Below, piece by piece: positions 58,446 to 64,000 of a stretch of DNA of 64,000 nucleotides (position 1 is the stretch's first letter; each line of letters starts with the position of its first letter). The translations under genes were made by a program, and so were the position numbers. The stretch is from Spirochaetia bacterium (GTDB lineage Bacteria; Spirochaetota; Spirochaetia; UBA9216), in contig OY776510.1 of assembly GCA_963675665.1 (NCBI GenBank), positions 3,776,001 to 3,840,000 of the forward strand, given 5' to 3'. Under the pieces are notes generated by a model. It was not told the origin of the DNA, ran no database searches, and was given only the letters and a program-made list of their open reading frames with translations.

Positions 58446-58742
58446 ATGAACAAGAATCTTTTTCAGATAAATATATTGGGTTCTTCATTCTCAATCCAGA
58501 CTGATGAAGCACCTGACAGAATGAAAGAGATCATTTCAATTTTAAAATCAAAAACAGAAATGGTTGAATCTGATTTATCTGTAAATGATCCTTTGAAAAA
58601 TTTGGTTATTTCAAGTATTATTATAATTGATGAACTTTTAAAAGAAAGACAGAGATCTGGTGAATATGGAAGTTCGGATTCTGAAGAGGTTGAGAGATTA
58701 ACGCTCCAGATAATGGAGAGAATTGACAAAAGTCTTGAATAA
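58446..58742 (+). CDS. zapA: Cell division protein ZapA
   Basis: INILGSSFSI...IIIIDELLK pattern, 98 aa, followed by 6S RNA. Confidence 0.75.
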   Translation: MNKNLFQINILGSSFSIQTDEAPDRMKEIISILKSKTEMVESDLSVNDPLKNLVISSIIIIDELLKERQRSGEYGSSDSEEVERLTLQIMERIDKSLE

Positions 58743-58747
58743 TTATT

Positions 58748-58918
58748 ACCCTGCGGTGTGCGGGCGGGGGCGTAAATCTCTTGGGTCAAACCTCAGAAAA
58801 GGGATTCTATATTTCCGAGTTGAATTGTTCACTGTTTACAGAGAGCAGGATGCTCAGAAACGGAAACCCACTTGAACCCTGGAGTTCAAGAGATTTTCCT
58901 CAAGCGGCATCGCGGGGT
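58748..58918 (+). ncRNA. ssrS: 6S RNA
   Basis: Closing stem CCCTGCGGTG/CATCGCGGGG, AAATCTCTTG/CAAGAGATTT pairing, CTTGAACC...GTTCAAG 3' motif; canonical position after zapA. Confidence 0.85.
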
Positions 58919-58925
58919 TTTTTAT

Positions 58926-59750
58926 ATGGCAGTAATTACAGGACAGCAGATATCAAACTATTATCAGCAGTTTGGTGACGTTGAAGTGGCTTTTAACAAA
59001 GAAGTAATTCGGGTAACCGGACTGCAAACCAGAAATAACCTTGTAAAATGCAAGGGGGCCTACTGGCCGTGTTTTGTTTACTCAAGCTCGATGCGTCAGG
59101 CTAAAATTGTAGCAAGCGTAAAAGAAGATTTCTTTAAATTTACAAAAGAAGCCAATAATATTGTATCATTGCAATTCACCTTTTTGACCGCTGAGAAATC
59201 AACGCCTTTGATTTTGCGAATTGCCGCCAAACTGTCCGGTATTGCAAAATACGGTGAAGAATCGTCGGGACTGTCGCTGCTTACCCTTACCTATACACAA
59301 AGACCTCCTGACGATCTTATTATTATTCTTGGAAGACTTCTGGAATCAAACCTCAATTCACAGAAAAGAAAAGAGGAACGTATTCAGATTAATGATCAGG
59401 TTATCAGAAAGATGGGTCTTAAAACAAAGAATATAATAATAGCAATCGACAATATTCCGCGAAAAGCACTTTTAAGGGATCTTTCTTTTTCAGGAGCCAA
59501 GCTGCTGCTAGCCGGTTTGGCCAAGTTTCTCGTTAATAAATCGATAATTATCAGGCTTGAGACTGAAGATACCGATGAGGTTTTTAATCTGGTTGGAAAA
59601 GTTCTCAGATTCGAACCAATTGAAAATCGCAAGGATATTGCGTCCATAGCCGTACAATTTGATGAAACAAGAGTACCTACTGAATATAAGCTTTTTTTTA
59701 ACGATTATCTGACAAAACTACGTCCGCCCAAATCCGGCGAACAGGTATAA
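58926..59750 (+). CDS. PilZ domain c-di-GMP-binding protein (PlzA-like)
   Basis: RKEER (RxxxR) and DLSFSG (DxSxxG) motifs; start at ATG 58926 after the 6S RNA. Confidence 0.85.
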   Translation: MAVITGQQISNYYQQFGDVEVAFNKEVIRVTGLQTRNNLVKCKGAYWPCFVYSSSMRQAKIVASVKEDFFKFTKEANNIVSLQFTFLTAEKSTPLILRIAAKLSGIAKYGEESSGLSLLTLTYTQRPPDDLIIILGRLLESNLNSQKRKEERIQINDQVIRKMGLKTKNIIIAIDNIPRKALLRDLSFSGAKLLLAGLAKFLVNKSIIIRLETEDTDEVFNLVGKVLRFEPIENRKDIASIAVQFDETRVPTEYKLFFNDYLTKLRPPKSGEQV

Positions 59751-59766
59751 ATAACGGAGACCCGAT

Positions 59767-60864
59767 ATGGAACCCGCAGATCCTCTCAAAAATATTGTAT
59801 ATATTTCTTTGCCCGAAGATATGCAGAGTTATAAGATTCTGCCGCTTGAACCGTCCATACTGCTTCCGGTGGAGATTGATCCTGATAACGGTTACGCTGA
59901 TATTTCCAATCTCAGTTGGGAGATGATCATCGCTGCAATGCTGAAAATTCTTGCTCATAACAGCGGACATGAAAATGCTGATTATTTCAGGACCCTAATA
60001 CTTGCCATACGTCCCGACATAAACAGCGAACTGACTACCGCAGCAATTGCGAAAGCCAAAGAGAAAGATTTTGATATAGCCGAAGAGATCTTTATTTCTT
60101 TAAAAAACCTTCTTCCAGGCAATTTTTCATCAACCCTGAATCTTTCTCTTCTTTACGAGGAACGGGCTGACTCCTATGCCTCTTCAGGCCGCAATGATTT
60201 ATCCGAAATTTATAATGAAAAAGCATTCAGTTCATATAAAGAACTTCTTGAAATTAACCCTGAATCGGCGGAAGCCCATTTCAATTTCGGATTATTTTTC
60301 CTCAAGCGCAATAGTATCGAAAAAGCATCAGATCATCTTGAGGTATTTCTGTCGCTCAGTACTGATACGAAAAAAAATAAAAAGGTAAAAGATATCCTTG
60401 CCAGGCTATCCGAAAAAAAGGATTCAGACGAGTTGTTTCTCGCTGCCTATGACGCCATCAGAATGGGCAGAGAGGATGATGCAATTGAAAAGATTAACCA
60501 TTATCTGAAAATTGCTCCCGAAGTATGGAATGCATGGTTTCTGCTGGGATGGGCCTATCGGCGGAAAAAAATGTATGCAGAAGGAGCCGAAGCCTTTCGA
60601 AAAGCCCTGTCTTTGGGTTCCGATCAGCTTGATCTTTATAACGAACTTGCTATCTGCCTGATGGAACTCGGACAGCTTGAAGAAAGCAGAAATTATCTAC
60701 TGACAGCCCTTAAAGCGGAACCCGATAATATAAAGATCTTGTCCAATCTCGGTATTGTCTCAATGAAGGAAAACAATCCGGCTGCCGCTGAAGAGTATTT
60801 CCGTTCCGTACTTGCGGTAGCTCCTGATGATAAAATTGCCGCCGAATACCTTTCAAGACTTTAA
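59767..60864 (+). CDS. Tetratricopeptide repeat protein
   Basis: Repeated TPR consensus (AEAHFNFG, AWFLLGWAY, LYNELAI, ILSNLG). Confidence 0.85.
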   Translation: MEPADPLKNIVYISLPEDMQSYKILPLEPSILLPVEIDPDNGYADISNLSWEMIIAAMLKILAHNSGHENADYFRTLILAIRPDINSELTTAAIAKAKEKDFDIAEEIFISLKNLLPGNFSSTLNLSLLYEERADSYASSGRNDLSEIYNEKAFSSYKELLEINPESAEAHFNFGLFFLKRNSIEKASDHLEVFLSLSTDTKKNKKVKDILARLSEKKDSDELFLAAYDAIRMGREDDAIEKINHYLKIAPEVWNAWFLLGWAYRRKKMYAEGAEAFRKALSLGSDQLDLYNELAICLMELGQLEESRNYLLTALKAEPDNIKILSNLGIVSMKENNPAAAEEYFRSVLAVAPDDKIAAEYLSRL

Positions 60865-62216
60865 ACCAGAATATCCTTTCTGCCGAGCCGGAATGAAGCC
60901 GCAACCATTGATGTTATTGATAATATGACAAACAAACCGGCACGCCACCAGATCAGACTGTAATCGTCAGCATTAATATCCATATCTATCCATGAAAAAG
61001 GGCTGATTAAACCTATTAATCTGATTGTTCCGGAAAACCCGGCGGCGATTTCGGTTATGGATTTTAGAAAATAAAACAGCAGAACAATCCCTATTGCAAA
61101 TCCCAATACCGATGCTCCCCGCCTGATTAAAAGTGAGATGAACAGGACACAACATCCCACGCTTGTCAAAAGAAGAAAAACATAAAAACAGAAAACCGCA
61201 AGCTTTTCTACATTGTATTTCCTGAAAATTCGATTCTCAAAATCACCGGGCAAGGCAAATACAGAAACAACATCAGACATAGAACCGGTTTCATCGCAGA
61301 ATTGATCAAGCGCAAGTGCAGGCTTTTCATTCAGAAACTGCAGAAATATATCCGGAGAATTATAAAAACTATCCTTCGTTTTATAATATTCAATTCGTTC
61401 ATTTTCGACGTTGTGCAGAAATTCGTCGCGCTGGTCCGAACCCATTGAAAACATGGACATATATTCTTCCGGGTTTTCAAGCACAGATTCAAAAAACAAT
61501 TCAGGGCTGTTCCCCACCCTTTCAAGAAGGATATTCATATCTTCAATATCCAGGTCCATCTGTTCCATCTCTGTAGTATTACTCTGAAGAAGTGAAGCAG
61601 CATAAGACAGTGAATATTCTTTAAAACTTTCGTTATCAAGGTTGAAAACCTCATAAATTTCATCAGGTTTCTTTTCGATCTGCGCTATCAACAGTTCTTT
61701 ATCTTTATTTGAAATATCAAGCTGACGGAATGCATCTTTCTTGACTACTTCCATTGAAATCCAGCTGGTGAAAAAGAACACCATGCTCATGGCCGCTATG
61801 TATGTTAACAGAACTGCCGATTTACTGATAAATATATTCAGTCTTGAAACCGGTTTAGTGAATAAAAATTCTGCCGTTCTGTCAGCTTCTTCCCGGGCAA
61901 GCAGGTTTCCCGCAAGAACTGCTGCAAATATGCATCCCAAGAGAATATTATAGATGGAGTTATATGTTACGTAGAATCCCATCAGATTTCCCAGATTTGA
62001 AAGATCTGCACCAAATACCGCAAGCACACTCTTCATCATCGTACTTTCAAAAATCGGTTCTATAGTGTCAAGCAAATTACCAGCATTGATTGCAGGATAG
62101 AACATCATTCCCAAAAAAAGAATTCCGCAGATTGCTGCTGCCCAGATTAAAAACACACGGAAATTCCGCAGCATTTCCATTCTGTAAATATTAAAACTGA
62201 AAATAGTATTAACCAT
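60861..62216 (-). CDS. ABC-2 type exporter permease with large soluble insertion
   Basis: REEADRTAEFLFTKPVSR and ISPFSW motifs, ends RKDILV; start at ATG 62216 overlapping the ATPase end. Confidence 0.8.
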   Translation of the reverse strand: MVNTIFSFNIYRMEMLRNFRVFLIWAAAICGILFLGMMFYPAINAGNLLDTIEPIFESTMMKSVLAVFGADLSNLGNLMGFYVTYNSIYNILLGCIFAAVLAGNLLAREEADRTAEFLFTKPVSRLNIFISKSAVLLTYIAAMSMVFFFTSWISMEVVKKDAFRQLDISNKDKELLIAQIEKKPDEIYEVFNLDNESFKEYSLSYAASLLQSNTTEMEQMDLDIEDMNILLERVGNSPELFFESVLENPEEYMSMFSMGSDQRDEFLHNVENERIEYYKTKDSFYNSPDIFLQFLNEKPALALDQFCDETGSMSDVVSVFALPGDFENRIFRKYNVEKLAVFCFYVFLLLTSVGCCVLFISLLIRRGASVLGFAIGIVLLFYFLKSITEIAAGFSGTIRLIGLISPFSWIDMDINADDYSLIWWRAGLFVILSITSMVAASFRLGRKDILV

Positions 62217-63141
62217 CTGACTGTCCCGCTTTCTGAATATGATCCGGCTCGCTGTAATAATGCATAAATATTTCCTCAAGACTTGGGTCTTCAATTACAA
62301 TATCCTCTATTTGAAAAGACGATAAAAGCTGTAGCAGTTCATCTGCCTTTCCCGAATGAAGACCTTCCACGCTTCTTTCTGTTATTTTAAGTTCGGAAAC
62401 ATTTCTAAATGCAGATTTATCCGGGGTTTGGCCTTCAGCCAGAATCAGCCGAAAACGCTTCAGATACATTTTTCTGAGCTCATCAAGACCGCTTATATTA
62501 ACAATCCGTCCGTCCCTGATAATTGCAACCCTTCTGCACAATCTTTCAACTTCCGAAAGGGTATGTGATGAGAAAAATATGGTACACCCGCGTGACTGCT
62601 CCTCACGCAGGATTTCATAAAACCTCGACTGAATCAGCGGGTCAAGCCCGCTTGTAGGCTCATCCAGAATCAATAATTCAGGTTTATGCAGCAAAGCCTG
62701 TACAAGGGCCACCTTCTTTTTATTTCCAAGCGACAGATCGTTTATTTTTCTTTTCTGCTCCAGTTTCAGACGTTCGCAATAAAGATTAATCCTCTCTTTT
62801 GCGCCGTTTTTATAGAACCCGGCAGAATACTCAAGCATCTGTTTTACGCTCAACCCATCGTAATAATTCAGGTCGGACGGGACAAAACCGATTTTACTTC
62901 GGACATCCGCAGAGTTTTTCATGACTTCCGTTCCAAACATTTTAACGGTTCCGGAATTCTGATGTAAAAGCCCCATAATCGTTCTGATTGTTGTTGATTT
63001 GCCTGCACCGTTCGGACCTATAAACCCGAAGATTTCCCCCTTCTCTACTTTTATGCATATATCTTCGATTCCCCGGGATTTACCGTAGCTTTTTGTCAAT
63101 CCATGTGTTTCAAGTACAATATCCCTGTCATTATTATTCAT
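62209..63141 (-). CDS. ABC exporter ATPase
   Basis: GPNGAGKSTT, LSLGNKKK, DEPTSGLDP, SSH, LEEIF. Confidence 0.92.
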   Translation of the reverse strand: MNNNDRDIVLETHGLTKSYGKSRGIEDICIKVEKGEIFGFIGPNGAGKSTTIRTIMGLLHQNSGTVKMFGTEVMKNSADVRSKIGFVPSDLNYYDGLSVKQMLEYSAGFYKNGAKERINLYCERLKLEQKRKINDLSLGNKKKVALVQALLHKPELLILDEPTSGLDPLIQSRFYEILREEQSRGCTIFFSSHTLSEVERLCRRVAIIRDGRIVNISGLDELRKMYLKRFRLILAEGQTPDKSAFRNVSELKITERSVEGLHSGKADELLQLLSSFQIEDIVIEDPSLEEIFMHYYSEPDHIQKAGQSDG

Positions 63142-63151
63142 GCCGTATTCC

Positions 63152-63754
63152 CTATTTTTTTATCATTTTCTCAATAACTGCATCCAGCAGAAAATCAATC
63201 ACATCCATAAATCTCTCACTTCCTACATCTTCCCTATGCATAAAAACCATAAAAACCGCTCTCAGAACCCCGGTTATAAGTTCAGTGTCATCGACTTTCA
63301 GCTTCCCGTTCCGTCTCCAGATTCCGGTCAGTTGTGATGCAAAATCTATATCAGTTTGAAAGGCAGCTTCTACCTGCTGCGGGCTTAATCTCCGTCTCAG
63401 ATAGTCATACTCATTTTTTGCAAGCAGCCTCTGAAAGAAAAAATCGTTTTCAACGGTTTTGATTATTTCTTTCAATACTTCTTTCATTTTTTGCCGGTCG
63501 TCTCCGGAATCTTTGTTCAGCAGTTCAAATATCCTGTTCTGTATTTCCTTTTCGTACTGCCCCAGTATTGAAAAATACAGATCTTCTTTGGATTGAAAAA
63601 ACATGTAGAAAGCGCCTTTTGAAATACCCGCTGATTTTGCAAGCTCATCAACACTTGTTTTCTTTATTCCGAATCGCCCAAACGCATCCTTTCCCGCAGA
63701 TATCAAAGACAACTCGATATTTTTCTTTTCCTGGTCTGTAAATCCCTTCGGCAT
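63152..63754 (-). CDS. TetR/AcrR family regulator
   Basis: GIKKTSVDELAKSAGISKGAFYMFFQSKEDL HTH. Confidence 0.92.
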   Translation of the reverse strand: MPKGFTDQEKKNIELSLISAGKDAFGRFGIKKTSVDELAKSAGISKGAFYMFFQSKEDLYFSILGQYEKEIQNRIFELLNKDSGDDRQKMKEVLKEIIKTVENDFFFQRLLAKNEYDYLRRRLSPQQVEAAFQTDIDFASQLTGIWRRNGKLKVDDTELITGVLRAVFMVFMHREDVGSERFMDVIDFLLDAVIEKMIKK

Positions 63755-63776
63755 TTTATTATCCTGTAAATAAATT

Positions 63777-63835
63777 CTATATGACTATATTTTCATATTT
63801 AGTCATATAGTATCCATTATGCCATGCTTTGTCAA
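63777..63835 (-). promoter_or_regulatory. tetR promoter with operator palindrome
   Basis: TTGACA-N17-TACTAT on the minus strand; CTATATGACTA-N12-TAGTCATATAG (63777-63810) overlaps the -10 and start site. Confidence 0.75.
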
Positions 63836-63899
63836 TAAAGACTTTTCTTTTAGTGTTATTTTCATTATTATCTATTTATATTTCGGCAATGGAGTTTTT

Positions 63900-64000
63900 T
63901 TGAAAGATCCGCTTGAAATTCTTTGCATAGCAGATCATGTTGATCCTCTGATTTATTCCAAATCTCTAAAAGACAGGTTCGGCAGAGTTGATGCGGTACT
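63900..64000 (+). CDS. Probable metallophosphoesterase, 5' fragment
   Basis: GGAG SD, TTG start; MKDPLEILCIADHVDPLIYSKSLKDRFGRVDAV resembles the first calcineurin-like motif; truncated by the window edge. Confidence 0.6.
   Translation, partial: MKDPLEILCIADHVDPLIYSKSLKDRFGRVDAV

Noticed and set aside
58872-58925. Upstream extensions of PilZ, lysC, PBP1A and other ORFs in the track
   Set aside because: They overlap the 6S RNA, riboswitch leader or promoters; downstream ATGs fit better
1-64000. CRISPR arrays, tRNA/rRNA genes, transposases, prophage or defence genes
   Set aside because: No regularly spaced repeats, cloverleaf sequences or corresponding protein motifs seen by eye

Overview
Gene-dense bacterial chromosome segment, most likely from a free-living Spirochaetales member (P83/100-family gene, PlzA-like PilZ protein, stand-alone 88-aa groES, 'FAGGxQE' binding-protein signal peptides). 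The left half is accessory/metabolic: a partial GH36 alpha-galactosidase, a sigma54-controlled amidohydrolase-Na+/solute symporter operon next to its Cache-PAS kinase/NtrC pair, an amino-acid ABC transporter, MarR-MATE, and a 14-gene GntR locus (19406-30936) joining a Liv-type ABC importer, a URO-D-like enzyme, an FGGY kinase, three paralogous ATC-hydrolase-like proteins, a shikimate-kinase-like protein, RidA and a CyuA-type cysteine desulfidase. That locus is the best candidate for an undescribed catabolic pathway. The right half is mostly core genome: ispH, queH, PBP1A, ppdK, an RpoS-like sigma factor with a sigma54 promoter, groES, JAB-DinG, lysine riboswitch-lysC, infC-rpmI-rplT-zapB-zapA-6S RNA-PilZ, and a TetR/ABC exporter. 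Other signals: at least 8 genes with a -10 box 6-7 nt before ATG and no Shine-Dalgarno (likely leaderless), and an unassigned structured intergenic element at 56435-56723. No CRISPR array, tRNA, rRNA or intact transposase was seen. All family calls are from motif recognition by eye; no searches were run.
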